DNA of 64,000 nucleotides from Thermoanaerobaculia bacterium. GTDB taxonomy: Bacteria > Acidobacteriota > Thermoanaerobaculia > Multivoradales > J023. The stretch spans positions 23,085 through 87,084 of the forward strand of contig JALCBJ010000016.1 of the NCBI GenBank assembly GCA_028066595.1, in the 5' to 3' direction. The position numbers were made by a program, and so were the translations under genes. Shown one piece after another: positions 36,869-47,702 of the stretch (the stretch's first letter is position 1; each line of letters begins with the position of its first letter). Below the pieces are notes generated by a model, which worked only from the letters and a program-made list of their open reading frames with translations, was not told the DNA's origin and did no database searches.

Positions 36869-39800
36869 ATGGCCGGGTTGGGACCCCGGCAGAGGGCTTG
36901 CTCGCCGAACATTTCGCCTCCCAGCGAGTCGATCTCTCATCCGGTCGCGACCGCTGCTGCTTTTGCGATCCTCTTTTGCTTCGGGATCGCCGATACAGCT
37001 GTCTCGCAACAGCTCCCTTTCCGTACGTACTCGAGCGACCACGGACTGCCACAGAGTGTCGTGTTCTCGTTGGCACAGGACTCGGAAGGTTATCTTTGGG
37101 TCGGTACTCCCGACGGAGTCTCTCGTTTCGACGGGTTGCAGTTGAACACGTTCGGCAAGGACGAGGGGCTCGGCGACAGCGTGGTTCGCAAGTTGTTGGA
37201 GACCCGGGACGGCACTTTGTGGGCTGGCACCGATCGCGGTCTGTCGCGACGGCACCCGGGTGAGAGCCAGTTCGAAGCCCTCGGACCGGACATCGGCCTC
37301 GTAGGCACCTCGGTTCGAGATATCCAGGAAGATCCGTCCGGCGGCCTGTGGCTGGCCACCTATGCGGGCCTCTATCGACTGGAACCGACCCAGGACGGCT
37401 TCGAGTCACGCCAGTGGACGATCGAGGACGGCCTTCCCCACAACCGCGTCCGCTCCGTTCTGTTGGCGACAGACGGAAAGGTCTGGATCGGAACCTACGG
37501 CGGTGGGATGGCGGTTTGGGACGGCCAGCGGATTCGCACCCTGCCGCGGAACGATGGAAATCGGACCGACCTCACAGAGATCGAGGTCAACCCCGTTGTC
37601 CGCTCCACTCTGGAGCTCCCGGACGGGGCGGTGCTCGTAGGTACCAACCGCGGCGTCTTCCGATTTCGGGGTGACGATGTCGATCTCTTCGAAGGCGCCG
37701 TCGGCCTTGCAGACGTGGGGGTCACGTCGATGCTGCTCGATAGCCGTGGGCGGCTCTGGTTCGGCACGCGGGACCATGGTGCATGTCGGCTCCCGACCTT
37801 CGAGTCACCGTCGGAGACGATGGAGTGCTTCCGGCTGCGCGACGGCTTGGCTGACGACGCCGTGAACTGCCTGCTCGAAGATCGGGAAGAGAATCTCTGG
37901 ATCGGAACCTTCGGCGGCGGCCTCAGCCGGCTGTCGACCGAAGCGTTCCACTCCTACACGCTACGCGAAGGCTTACCTCATCCGAACGTTCGCGCCATCG
38001 GCGAGAGCTCCGATGGCCGGCTGTGGCTGGGAACCCACGGAGGTGGTATCGCCGTCCTCGAGAACGGCGGATTCGGATCGCCCTCCACGCAAGGCACCGT
38101 GTTGCGGGACGCCAAGGTGGTATCCGCGGAGGTTGCCGACGGCAGGCTTTGGTTCGGAACGCTTTCCGGCGCGTTGCAGGAACGTGACGGTGGTTTCGCG
38201 CCCCTTCGCATCCCGGATCTGCCCGAGGACAGCGTCATTTTGGCGACGCACCGCGACTCCACGGGAACCCTCTGGTTCGGCACCATCGCGGGACTATGGT
38301 CCGCGAATCCCACCGCCGACGGATACGAAGTCGTTCAGTATTCCGAAGACGCAGGCTTGCCCGATGTGCGAGTGAATCAGATCGTCGGCGACCCGTCCGG
38401 AGGGCTCTGGATCGCCACCGCCAATGGCGTCGCACGGTTTCAGGGCGGACACGTCACCCACGTCTGGTCCGACGCAGACGGTTTGGCCGACGCCTACGTG
38501 GACGACATCCATCGGCGGCCCGATGGCTCGATATGGGCCGCTACTGCGGGCGGCCTGGCGCGCATCGACCTGATGAGTGGCGAGCCGGTTCGTAACTTCA
38601 CCACGGCCGACGGGCTATCGCACGACAAGTGCACCGCCATCGCGGAGGCAGAGGACGGCAATCTGTGGATCGGAACCACCCGTGGCATCAACGTATTCGA
38701 CGGCGGCGCGTTCCTTGTCTTCGGTACCGAAGACGGTATGGAGTCGGCAGAAGTCAACGCCGGGGCGGCCTACCGCAGCCGCGACGGTCGCCTCTGGTTC
38801 GGCACCGTACAGGGTCTGGTGGTCTTCGAGCCTTCGATCGATCTGCGCCGGGTTCCGCCTCCCCCCATCTACTTGACACGGGTCGAGGTCGAGGACGTGC
38901 CCATGGCCGCGCGGGAGGGCGACCGGTTGGAGCTTCCCCACTCGCGGAACGATCTCCGATTCGAGTTCGTCGGGCTATCCCTTGCCTTTCCCGAGACCGT
39001 GCAATACGAGTATCGCCTGGAGGGCCTCGACAAGCGCTGGCGCACCTCACGATCCCGCATCGCAGAGTATCCGTCCCTACCACCGGGTGAGTTCACGTTC
39101 GAAGTCCGGGCGCGTGGACGGGGCGGAGTGCCGAGTCCAGCGCCGGCACGCATCAGCGTGGTCATCTCCACACCCTACTGGCAGACCTGGTGGTTCCGCG
39201 TCGCCGTGGCCAGCTCAGTTCTGGCTCTCGCACTCGGGCTCCACATGTTCAGGCTGCGGGTCCTCGAAGCGCGCAATCTGGAGTTGGTCGAGCAGATCCA
39301 CAAGCGGCGCCAGGCGGAAGCCGAAGTACGCCGGTACGCCGAAGAGCTGGAACACACCTCGCTTCACGATGCTTTGACAGGCCTGCCCAACCGAGCGCTC
39401 TTCCAGGACCGGCTCCAGATGGCGATCGATCGCGCCCGTCGCCATCCCGAGCAACCAGAGAGTCGGTTTGCCCTACTCTGGATCGATCTCGACGATTTCA
39501 AGTTGGTCAACGATAGCCACGGCCATAGATTCGGCGATCGGCTGCTGGCATTCTGTGCGCGCCGACTGGAGCAGGTGATCGGCGAAGCCGGATCTCTGGC
39601 GCGTTTGTCGGGAGACGAGTTCGCCGTGCTCCTACCGGATGCGACGGGTCCCAGCTACGCCCACAACTTGGCAGATGATCTGCAGCAGGCCCTGGCCCGG
39701 CCATTCGAGGTGGAAGACGTCGAGGTGGTCTTGAACGCGTCCATCGGTATCGTCCTCATGGCGGACGGATATCTGCGCGCCGAAGAGATGCTGCGAGATG

Positions 39801-40717
39801 CCGACACGGCCATGTATCGATCCAAGGCTCGCGGCCGAGGCGGCAGCGCTCTGTTCGATCCGGTGATGCACCGCAGCGCTGTCGCCACGCTGGCTCTGGA
39901 GCAAGACTTGCGACGCGCTTTCGACCGTCAAGAATTCGAGTTGCAGTTCCAGCCCATTCTGCGCCTCCGCGACGATCAGCTGATGGGCTTCGAAGCCTTG
40001 GTGCGCTGGAATCATCCCGATCGTGGCCTGATGCTGCCCGGTGAGTTCCTGGACCGTGCAGAAGCCACGGGACTCGCAGGACCGCTGGGGCATTGGACTC
40101 TCGAGGAAGCGATACGGCAAGCAGCGCGCTGGCCTGCGAGATCCGATGGTCGGCACCTGGCGGTCTCGGTCAATCTTTTCCATCGCCAAGTGACCCAGCC
40201 CGATCTGCCAGACCGGGTTGCAGCGCAGCTACGCGAGACGGACCTGCCCGCAGAGGCCTTGCATTTGGAGATCACGGAGGACGTCCTGATCGAGGAACCT
40301 GAAGCGGCCATCGCGGTGCTTCGGCACGTTCAGGCCCTGGACGTCCAGGTCTATCTCGATGACTTCGGCACCGGCTACTCGTCCTTGAGCTACCTGCAGA
40401 AGTTTCCAGTCGATGCGCTGAAGGTCGACCGGTCGTTCGTCCGCCGTATGGACCAAGACGACGACAGCGCTCGTATCGTCGAATCGATCCTGTTTCTCGC
40501 TCGCAGCTTGGGGATACGAGTGATCGCCGAAGGTGTCGAAACCAGTGCCCAGCTCGACCGCCTGCGTACTCTCGACTGCGACTTCGTTCAAGGCTATTTG
40601 ATCAGCCGTCCCCTTTCGGCGGACACGGCGTTCGAGTGGGCCGTTCGAGGTTTCGAGCCACCGACGGATGTGCTGGAACGGAGATCGATGTCGAGTGCAC
40701 CCGCAGCGGACGCCTGA
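36869..40717 (+). CDS. periplasmic double beta-propeller / Y_Y_Y sensor fused to degenerate GGDEF and EAL domains (c-di-GMP phosphodiesterase-type)
   Basis: Start MAGLGPRQ with a signal peptide. About 14 two-component-regulator propeller repeats (LW[VFIL]GT..G[LVI].[RV]), then a Y_Y_Y Ig-like domain, then a TM helix ([21 protein letters not shown]) and a coiled coil. The GGDEF domain has the degenerate motif SGDEF. The EAL domain keeps [27 protein letters not shown] and QGY. Confidence 0.8.
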   Translation: MAGLGPRQRACSPNISPPSESISHPVATAAAFAILFCFGIADTAVSQQLPFRTYSSDHGLPQSVVFSLAQDSEGYLWVGTPDGVSRFDGLQLNTFGKDEGLGDSVVRKLLETRDGTLWAGTDRGLSRRHPGESQFEALGPDIGLVGTSVRDIQEDPSGGLWLATYAGLYRLEPTQDGFESRQWTIEDGLPHNRVRSVLLATDGKVWIGTYGGGMAVWDGQRIRTLPRNDGNRTDLTEIEVNPVVRSTLELPDGAVLVGTNRGVFRFRGDDVDLFEGAVGLADVGVTSMLLDSRGRLWFGTRDHGACRLPTFESPSETMECFRLRDGLADDAVNCLLEDREENLWIGTFGGGLSRLSTEAFHSYTLREGLPHPNVRAIGESSDGRLWLGTHGGGIAVLENGGFGSPSTQGTVLRDAKVVSAEVADGRLWFGTLSGALQERDGGFAPLRIPDLPEDSVILATHRDSTGTLWFGTIAGLWSANPTADGYEVVQYSEDAGLPDVRVNQIVGDPSGGLWIATANGVARFQGGHVTHVWSDADGLADAYVDDIHRRPDGSIWAATAGGLARIDLMSGEPVRNFTTADGLSHDKCTAIAEAEDGNLWIGTTRGINVFDGGAFLVFGTEDGMESAEVNAGAAYRSRDGRLWFGTVQGLVVFEPSIDLRRVPPPPIYLTRVEVEDVPMAAREGDRLELPHSRNDLRFEFVGLSLAFPETVQYEYRLEGLDKRWRTSRSRIAEYPSLPPGEFTFEVRARGRGGVPSPAPARISVVISTPYWQTWWFRVAVASSVLALALGLHMFRLRVLEARNLELVEQIHKRRQAEAEVRRYAEELEHTSLHDALTGLPNRALFQDRLQMAIDRARRHPEQPESRFALLWIDLDDFKLVNDSHGHRFGDRLLAFCARRLEQVIGEAGSLARLSGDEFAVLLPDATGPSYAHNLADDLQQALARPFEVEDVEVVLNASIGIVLMADGYLRAEEMLRDADTAMYRSKARGRGGSALFDPVMHRSAVATLALEQDLRRAFDRQEFELQFQPILRLRDDQLMGFEALVRWNHPDRGLMLPGEFLDRAEATGLAGPLGHWTLEEAIRQAARWPARSDGRHLAVSVNLFHRQVTQPDLPDRVAAQLRETDLPAEALHLEITEDVLIEEPEAAIAVLRHVQALDVQVYLDDFGTGYSSLSYLQKFPVDALKVDRSFVRRMDQDDDSARIVESILFLARSLGIRVIAEGVETSAQLDRLRTLDCDFVQGYLISRPLSADTAFEWAVRGFEPPTDVLERRSMSSAPAADA

Positions 40718-40734
40718 CCCTAGAGACAGGAAGT

Positions 40735-41620
40735 CCATTCCTGCTGTTGCGAATCGCCGACCGAAGTGGCAGGCATCTTCCACGGTCGATCCGTGCTCGA
40801 TGCAGTCCCGGCTCAGATACCGGCAGCCGACCACGAAGTCGTCGCTCACTTCGGCGCGAACGGCTCGGAAAATCTCGAGCGGCAGTCGCGCCCTGCCGTT
40901 CAGACTTCCACCGTAGCCATCGGAGCGGACATTCAGAGCCGAGAGGAACGAGGCCATCGTGTAGGCGTGGGCGAAGTGGAGTTCGACACCGTCGAAACCT
41001 ACCTCCTCCGCCCGCCGGGCAGCGGAGGCGAACAGGCTTGGCAACACCGTTGGGAGCTCGCGAACATGCGCCAAGTGGGTGTCGGTCACGCGCTCGCGAT
41101 AGCCGTAACGTAGCGACTCGAGCTCGCGATCGTTCAATACCCGCTCGAGCGCAGATCCCTCGAGACGTGCCAACTGGTATCGGACCTGATCTTCGGGTAG
41201 CTCGGCGTGGTCGATCCCCGTCATCTCGGTCAGCGCATCGAGGTGCTCAGGACGAAGCTGCAAGTAGCGCCGGAAATACGTTTCGGGATCGGGCCGGCGA
41301 CGAATGGTCAAGAAATCGATGATCTGGATGAAAACCCGAGTTCTACCTTGGGAAGCGGCCCGCACCGTGCCCACGAGCTCCCGAAGTCCGGAAAGGAAGC
41401 GATCGTGCCCGATGCGCAGCAGAGGGCCCGAGGGAATGTCCCGGATGCCCGTCGCTTCCACGACCAGGGCACCAGGCCTGCCCTCTGCGAAACGTCGGTA
41501 CCAGTCGAGCACGTCTTGCGTGACCTCTCCCTCGTCCGTCGCGCGCCAGGGAACCATGGCGGGGACCCAGGACCGCTCGGCCAGCTGTATACGACCAGCG
41601 TCCAGTGGCTGAAAGAGCAT
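40735..41620 (-). pseudogene. Old Yellow Enzyme (NADH:flavin oxidoreductase) family gene, apparently 3'-truncated
   Basis: N-terminal barrel strands 1-6 are recognizable ([74 protein letters not shown]). The frame then reads without a stop through the antisense of the EAL-domain gene down to 40229, with no OYE-like strands 7-8 (no GR...P motif). Confidence 0.45.
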
Positions 41621-41849
41621 GGATCGGGCGGCTTCCTCGCGGCTGGGCCACCTCGCGCTCGGCAGCTCATGCCTGACCCGTTCGGGTGGTTTCCACATAC
41701 GTCAGAGGCTATCCCGAGTGATCTTCGCCTTGCCGAATCCAACCGCGGGGAACCTACGAAGAGATCTGTAGGGCTGCGGTCTTCTTGCCGCAGCTTCCGT
41801 ATCCCAACCTTCCAGGGGTGGTTGGGATACGGTCCTTTTTCCTCGCGGG

Positions 41850-43376
41850 CTACCGAAACCAGCGGAACCAGAGATCGAAGAAGCGAGAGGCCGCCGGGGT
41901 GAGCTTCCGTCGGTTGAACTGATCGCCGGCCTTGCGGAAGATCTCGGCCTGTGTCGGGTAAGGAAACATCGTCTCGGAGAACTTCGACAAGCCGAGCCGA
42001 TGGGTGATGGCGAAGCTCAGGTGACCGATCATGTCGCCGGCGTGCTCGGCTACCAAGGTGCCGCCCAGGATGCGATCGGAACCCTTCTTCAAGTGGACGC
42101 GGAGGAAACCCTCGGAGGATCCGTCGAGACGGGCCCGGTCGACGTCTTCGAGTGGGATCGTCAGCGTCTCCACCTCGTGACCCTCTTCCGCAGCCGATGC
42201 AGGTGAGTGTCCGACATGAGCTACTTCGGGACTGGTGTACGTGCACCACGGTACGACCAAGTCTCCCGCCTTGCCCCGTCCGAAAAAGAGCGCGTTCCGT
42301 ACCGCAAGCCGGGCCTGAAAGTCGGCCAGGTGGGTGAACTGGAGCTTGGACGCCACGTCACCAATGGCGAAGATGTTCTTGTTCGTGGTCCTCAGCCGCG
42401 AGTCGACTTCGATCCCTCGCGGGCTGTATTCGACACCTGCCGCTTCGAGCCCGAGTCCCTCCACATTGGGCCGGCGCCCTGCGGCGATCAAAAGCTGATC
42501 GACGCCTTGTGCCTGAACCGCTCCGGCCGTCTCGAACGAGACCTGGATTCCGTCGTCTGCCGCGGCCACTGAACGCACCTCAGCTTCCAGCTCTACCCGG
42601 ACACCTTCCCGCTGCAGCGCTCGCGCGACGATGGCTCCGGCTTCCGCATCGTCTTTCGGCAGCAACCGGTGCCCACGCTGGAACAAATGTACCTCCGCGC
42701 CAAATCGGGTGAAGGCTTGCGCCAGCTCACAGCCGATGGGGCCTCCGCCCAAGACGCCGAGCCGCTGCGGCAATTCCGTGAGTGAGAAGACCGTCTCGTT
42801 GGTCAGATAGGGGACATCGCCGAGACCTTCCAAGGATGGAGCCGACGCCCGGCCTCCAGTCGCCACGATGGCCTTGCGAAAACGTAAGCGAGCATTCCCG
42901 ACAGCCAGTTCGTCACTGGCCACGAAGCGCCCCTCGCCCAGAAACACGTCGACGCCCATGTCCCGGAATCGAGCTGCGCCGTCAACGGGCGCGATCTCGG
43001 AGCGAAGCTGCCGCATGCGCGCCATCGCACGTGCGAAATCGCCCGGTCCTGGGGCAACTGCGGGCCCGCCGAATTCGGGTGCCGCACGTCGCGCCTCATG
43101 CCAGGCACGCGCAGCTCGGAGCACCCCTTTCGATGGGACACAACCGAAGTTCAAGCAATCTCCGCCCATGAGATGACGTTCCACCAGCGCGACGCGGGCG
43201 CCGAGGCTCGATGCGATGGCTGCGCTGACCAGTCCGCCCGTACCTGCGCCGACCACGACCAGGTGATAGCGCTCCGAAGGAGTCGGATTACGCCAGTCGG
43301 AGGGACGCACGTGCTCGAGGAGACGTCGATCGTCGCCGTCGTCCGGAATCAGGCCGGTGACCTGGTCAGCTCTCAT
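41850..43376 (-). CDS. FAD-dependent pyridine nucleotide-disulfide oxidoreductase (class I; mercuric reductase / dihydrolipoamide dehydrogenase-like)
   Basis: 508 aa. FAD fingerprint VVVGAGTGG, redox-active disulfide GGDCLNFGCVPSK, NAD-binding GGGPIGCE, and a dimerisation domain. About 45-aa C-terminal extension. Confidence 0.8.
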   Translation of the reverse strand: MRADQVTGLIPDDGDDRRLLEHVRPSDWRNPTPSERYHLVVVGAGTGGLVSAAIASSLGARVALVERHLMGGDCLNFGCVPSKGVLRAARAWHEARRAAPEFGGPAVAPGPGDFARAMARMRQLRSEIAPVDGAARFRDMGVDVFLGEGRFVASDELAVGNARLRFRKAIVATGGRASAPSLEGLGDVPYLTNETVFSLTELPQRLGVLGGGPIGCELAQAFTRFGAEVHLFQRGHRLLPKDDAEAGAIVARALQREGVRVELEAEVRSVAAADDGIQVSFETAGAVQAQGVDQLLIAAGRRPNVEGLGLEAAGVEYSPRGIEVDSRLRTTNKNIFAIGDVASKLQFTHLADFQARLAVRNALFFGRGKAGDLVVPWCTYTSPEVAHVGHSPASAAEEGHEVETLTIPLEDVDRARLDGSSEGFLRVHLKKGSDRILGGTLVAEHAGDMIGHLSFAITHRLGLSKFSETMFPYPTQAEIFRKAGDQFNRRKLTPAASRFFDLWFRWFR

Positions 43377-44128
43377 GTCAGGTCCTCGCGAGCAACAAGC
43401 GCCTGTGCATCACGTGTTTCCAGCTCCAATGCCTGCCGCGCCTGGCGTGTGATCCACGTCGTCACGACGATGGCGGCCACCAGGCCCACGCCGAGCAAAA
43501 GCCACCGTTCCCCACCGGCCTCGGGGCGGGCTCCAGAACCCAACGCTGCCAGGCTACCGATCGCGTCGCCGTAGAAGACGTAGAGAAACGTCCCGGGCAG
43601 CATTCCGAAACCACCCAAAAGATAGTCACGTAGCCGGACCCGTGTCAGACCCAACCCATAGTTCAGCCAGACGAACGGAAAGAACGGAACGAGGCGCAAC
43701 AGAAAGACGACCTTCAAGCCATCGTTGCCGATGGTACGGTCGATCACCTGGAACTTCTTACGGCTCTCCAACTTCGACTCCAACCCTTCGCGAGCCAGGT
43801 AGCGCGCGATGAGGAAAGCCATGCCCGAGCCGATCGATGCGGCCACGAAGACGTACGCCGTGCCCTTGACGAGGCCGAAGAGGACGCCGCCCGCCAAGGT
43901 GAGAAGTGACCCCGGCACCAGGGCGACGGTAGCGAGCGCATAGCCGGCGACGAAGACCAAAGGTGCCCAGGCACCGAGTCCGTCGACCCAGGACAAGAAC
44001 GCACCGACCCCGTCGCGAATCTGAGCGCCATACAACCAGACGGAAACGGCCAAGATCAGGACCACCGAGGCTCCTGCGATCAGTTTCCAGCGGCCGGACC
44101 GCTGGGTAGACGGATTGGGTTCGGACAT
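43373..44128 (-). CDS. DedA / TVP38 / TMEM64 family membrane protein
   Basis: Start MSEPNPST. Polytopic, with DedA signature region (GYALATVALVPGSLLTLAGGVLFG, FLLRLVPFFPF). Its stop overlaps the oxidoreductase ATG (ATGA). Confidence 0.75.
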   Translation of the reverse strand: MSEPNPSTQRSGRWKLIAGASVVLILAVSVWLYGAQIRDGVGAFLSWVDGLGAWAPLVFVAGYALATVALVPGSLLTLAGGVLFGLVKGTAYVFVAASIGSGMAFLIARYLAREGLESKLESRKKFQVIDRTIGNDGLKVVFLLRLVPFFPFVWLNYGLGLTRVRLRDYLLGGFGMLPGTFLYVFYGDAIGSLAALGSGARPEAGGERWLLLGVGLVAAIVVTTWITRQARQALELETRDAQALVAREDLT

Positions 44129-44467
44129 CGTCGTCCTCAGGTCGATTTCAAGAAGTACCAGGGGAAGCGGGGCCGAGCCGGGAGGGCCAACTCTGCATGC
44201 CACTACGGACACCAAGAGGTCCGGGATGTGCAATCTACCGCTCGACCGGCGAGCGCCCCCCGCCTCGAGTGACCGCCTACACCTGCACAATTCGTCAGAT
44301 TCGCGTGTCACTTCGCAGAAATTCCTTGCCAATCTAAACTACTGCAAATACAATCCTGCCGTTCCGGACGAATTCAGATCTCACCGACCCACAATCCACT
44401 TCCCACCGCACACGAGTCCGTTTCATTCCAGAAGCGTACTCGGCTGGTGTACTTCCAGGAGACTCTC

Positions 44468-45796
44468 GTGACTCCCGAAGAAATACTGAGACTGGCCGAC
44501 GATGAGAACGTCCGCTTCCTGCGTCTGCAGTTCACCGACCTGACCGGTGTCTTGAAGAACGTCGAGATCCCTCGCTCCCAGTTCGAGAAAGCGCTGGAAA
44601 ACCAGATCATGTTCGATGGCTCCTCGATCGAGGGTTTCACCCGTATCGAAGAGTCCGACATGCTGCTCTACCCTGATCTGGATACGTTCCAGATCAACCC
44701 CTGGAAGAGCCCCGACGGATCTCGCGTGGCGCGAATGATCTGTGACGTCTACAATCCGGATGGTAGCGGGTTCGCCGGGTGCCCCCGCTTGGCGCTGAAG
44801 CGCCAGGTGGCACGTGCTGAAAAGCTCGGCTATACGATGGTGGTCGGTCCCGAGGCGGAGTTCTTTCTCTTCCAGAAGGACGAGAATGGTCAGGTTTCGC
44901 TCGATACCCATGATGTGGGTGGCTATTTCGACCTGACGCCCGTGGACCTCGGGGAAGACGCGCGGCGTGACATCGTCGTCATTCTCGAGAGCATGGGTTT
45001 CGAAGTGGAGGCAGCCCACCACGAAGTGGCTCCAGGCCAGCACGAGATCGACTTCAAATATGCCGAAGCGGTGGCTTGCGCCGACAACGTGGTGACGTTC
45101 AAGTTCGTGGTCAAGAAGGTCGCCCTCGACTATGGCCTGCATGCCACGTTCATGCCCAAACCGATCTTCGGCGTCAACGGCTCCGGCATGCACACCCACC
45201 AGAGTCTGCTGACCCAAGACGGCAAGAACGCGTTCTATGGTCCGGAGGAGGAGTACGAGCTCTCGAAGACGGCCAAGGCCTATATCGGTGGCATCCTGCA
45301 GCACGCCGGTGCGATCGTCGCGGTGACCAACCCGCTGGTGAACTCGTACAAGCGACTGGTGCCGGGATTCGAAGCGCCAATCAACGTTGCATGGTCGGAG
45401 AAGAACCGAAGCCCGTTGGTACGCGTGCCGGCCAAGCGCGGAATGTCCACCCGATGTGAGGTCCGCATGCCCGATCCGGCATGTAACCCATACCTGGCGC
45501 TGGCGGTCATGCTCGCGGCCGGACTGGATGGCCTCGACAAGGGAGCCGACCCCGGACCTCCGGTCGACAAGAACATCTTCACGATGAGTCAGCGCGAGAA
45601 GCGGCGCCTCAAGATCAAAGAGTTGCCCGCCAACCTCGATGCCGCTCTCGACGCCCTAGAGAAAGACAAGGTCGTTCTCGGAGCCCTCGGCGATCACATC
45701 GCCGAGCACTTCATCGCCGCCAAGCGTCAAGAGTGGGCCGACTACATCTCCCACGTCCATCCGTGGGAGCAGGACCGTTACCTGGTCGAGTACTGA
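44468..45796 (+). CDS. glnA: glutamine synthetase type I
   Basis: GTG start VTPEEILRLADDENVRFLRLQFTDLTGVLKNVEIP. GS beta-grasp and catalytic motifs. The Tyr adenylylation region is present (NLYDLP-like context not checked). Confidence 0.9.
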   Translation: MTPEEILRLADDENVRFLRLQFTDLTGVLKNVEIPRSQFEKALENQIMFDGSSIEGFTRIEESDMLLYPDLDTFQINPWKSPDGSRVARMICDVYNPDGSGFAGCPRLALKRQVARAEKLGYTMVVGPEAEFFLFQKDENGQVSLDTHDVGGYFDLTPVDLGEDARRDIVVILESMGFEVEAAHHEVAPGQHEIDFKYAEAVACADNVVTFKFVVKKVALDYGLHATFMPKPIFGVNGSGMHTHQSLLTQDGKNAFYGPEEEYELSKTAKAYIGGILQHAGAIVAVTNPLVNSYKRLVPGFEAPINVAWSEKNRSPLVRVPAKRGMSTRCEVRMPDPACNPYLALAVMLAAGLDGLDKGADPGPPVDKNIFTMSQREKRRLKIKELPANLDAALDALEKDKVVLGALGDHIAEHFIAAKRQEWADYISHVHPWEQDRYLVEY

Positions 45797-45805
45797 CGCG
45801 AATCG

Positions 45806-45832
45806 CGGGGCGGTCCGAAGGGCCGCCTCGCC
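45806..45832 (+). terminator. GC-rich imperfect hairpin downstream of glnA, possible terminator
   Basis: gcggggcggtccgaagggccgcctcgc has stem ggcggtcc / gggccgcc around loop gaa with one mismatch. There is no U-tract, which is common in high-GC genomes. Confidence 0.25.
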
Positions 45833-45886
45833 TGCCCTCTGCGGCCATCCCGGCACCCGTTGGCAACGCCCAGCGGACGATATCGG

Positions 45887-46567
45887 TCAGCCGGACTCGC
45901 GACTGGCAGCCTCCTGTCCCTCAGACAAACTGCTTCGGCTCCCGTCTTCTGCTGAGGATTCGGCCGGCCTCAGTTGCGCGAGAAGCCGCCGCGCGCGGCC
46001 TTCGCTGAACCCACACATCGACTCCGAGCCGATCAGAATCACCGGTACGCCGCAACCCGGAGAGATGCGGTCCTTTTCGGCCTGGGCTCCGGGCATGGTC
46101 TCCACGTCGATCGCGCGAAACGGCACGCCGGCCCCGTGAAAGAAGCGCTCGGCCGAGCGACACACAGAGCACCAGTCGGTCACGTACAGGGTGACCCGCG
46201 GCGAAATCACGTCGGGGTCCGCCTTGGCGATGGTGGCATCGGTCAGGATCAAAACCGGCTCGGGTCTAGGCTCCGGTTCGACGGACGTAGGTTCGGGTTC
46301 TGGAGGCGGTGGCCTGTTGGCCAGCTCGGTCGCCTCGAAGTCCACCTCCGATGCGCGCAATACGGAAAAGACCCCGGAAGGAGAGTGAAACGTAACCTTG
46401 CGGCCGTCCACCTCGAAGCCATCACGAACGTCGACCCGGCTACCGTCCTTCATCACCAAGATTCCGGCCTCGGGGTCGCCGGCAGGGACCTCCTCGGCTC
46501 GCGCAAATCCATCTGTCGCTACGAAACTCAGCAGCGAGGCGCTCAGCAGGCAGACGATCCACTTCAT
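45887..46567 (-). CDS. secreted protein with C-terminal glutaredoxin-like (thioredoxin-fold) domain
   Basis: Signal peptide MKWIVCLLSASLLSFVA. Pro/Glu linker. C-terminal VTLYVTDWCSVCRSAERFF...GVPFRAIDVE is Grx-like, with motif CSVC. Confidence 0.6.
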   Translation of the reverse strand: MKWIVCLLSASLLSFVATDGFARAEEVPAGDPEAGILVMKDGSRVDVRDGFEVDGRKVTFHSPSGVFSVLRASEVDFEATELANRPPPPEPEPTSVEPEPRPEPVLILTDATIAKADPDVISPRVTLYVTDWCSVCRSAERFFHGAGVPFRAIDVETMPGAQAEKDRISPGCGVPVILIGSESMCGFSEGRARRLLAQLRPAESSAEDGSRSSLSEGQEAASRESG

Positions 46568-46708
46568 CAGAGGAGTATAGCTCGCGCTCTATGGGGCTTC
46601 GAAGGCATGGGCAGGCGGAGATGGACACAGTAGCAAGCTCTCGACGCCAAGGCTGTGGGATGATCGCCATCCATGCCAGACGAAGAACGCCCGGGGGTGC
46701 CATCGGTC

Positions 46709-47698
46709 ATGCGCGGCGTCCTGCTTCCCAGTTTCGGAGACATGGGGGTGCTCCGGCTGGAGGAAATCGCCATTCCCGAGCCGGGTCCTCGGGATGTGCT
46801 GATGAGAGTGCACGCCGCCTCGGTCAACCCTCGAGATTGGATGATCCGAGCCGGTACGTACCCGTTTCGACGCACGTTGCCCTCTCGTCCTTTCATTCTG
46901 GGTAGCGATGTTGCCGGCGTCGTGGTCCGTACCGGATCGAAAGTGGAGGGATTCCTGCCCGGGGACGAGGTCCTGGCGATGGTCCCCACCTCCTATGGTT
47001 TCGGTGGCTATGCAGAATACGTGGCCGTGCCGGCAAAGGCGCTCGCCAGCAAGCCGTCCAGCGTCGGCTTCGCAGCAGCGGCTGCCCTACCTCTTGCCGG
47101 CCTCACGGCTCTGCAGGCGATACGTGATCGGGGCCGGATGCGACTCGGTCATCGCGTCGTGGTCGTCGGCGCTTCCGGAGGTGTAGGACACTACGGCGTT
47201 CAGATTGCCAAGGCACTCGGAGCCTCGACGGTAGTCGCTGTCTGCAGCCAGGACAACGCCTCCTGGGTACAGGACCTCGGTGCCGACCGCATCGTCGACT
47301 ACCGGAGCCAGCCCTTCCCCGCCGCCCTCGAAGACGACGAGCCGTTCGACTTGATCTTCGATTCAATCGGGCGGCATTCTCTGAGCACGTGTCGCAAGAT
47401 CATGAGCCCTCGTGCTGCCTATGTGACGACGGTACCGACCCCTCGTATCTTGCTCGATGCCGTCCGCACCTCGGTCTGGCCCTGGGGGCGCACAGCCCGT
47501 ATCGTCTTGGTGGCGTCGCGAGGCCGTGATCTCGGCCAACTGACTTCCTGGATGGAGTCGGGCGATCTGAAGTCGGTCATCGACCACACCGCGCCGCTCG
47601 ACGGTTATGCCGAGCTACTCGGTCACAGCCGATCTCTTCGCACTCGCGGGAAGAATGTCTTCCTCGTCGCCGAATTCCACGGAACGAGGACGGAGTGA
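46709..47698 (+). CDS. medium-chain dehydrogenase/reductase (quinone oxidoreductase-like, zinc-independent MDR)
   Basis: Start MRGVLLPSFGD. VHAASVNPRDW. Rossmann motif VVVGASGGVGHYGVQIA. Confidence 0.75.
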   Translation: MRGVLLPSFGDMGVLRLEEIAIPEPGPRDVLMRVHAASVNPRDWMIRAGTYPFRRTLPSRPFILGSDVAGVVVRTGSKVEGFLPGDEVLAMVPTSYGFGGYAEYVAVPAKALASKPSSVGFAAAAALPLAGLTALQAIRDRGRMRLGHRVVVVGASGGVGHYGVQIAKALGASTVVAVCSQDNASWVQDLGADRIVDYRSQPFPAALEDDEPFDLIFDSIGRHSLSTCRKIMSPRAAYVTTVPTPRILLDAVRTSVWPWGRTARIVLVASRGRDLGQLTSWMESGDLKSVIDHTAPLDGYAELLGHSRSLRTRGKNVFLVAEFHGTRTE

Positions 47699-47702
47699 CT
47701 CC

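Noticed and set aside
40229-40734. C-terminal 170 aa of ORF 40229..41698 as a genuine part of the OYE protein
   Set aside because: Sequence is antisense to the conserved EAL domain and lacks OYE barrel strands 7-8. Treated as read-through after a truncation (see finding).
44129-44467. sigma-54 (-24/-12) promoter and NtrC sites upstream of glnA
   Set aside because: The closest candidates (TTGCCAatctaaactacTGCAAA) lack the GG/GC dinucleotides at correct spacing. Not called.
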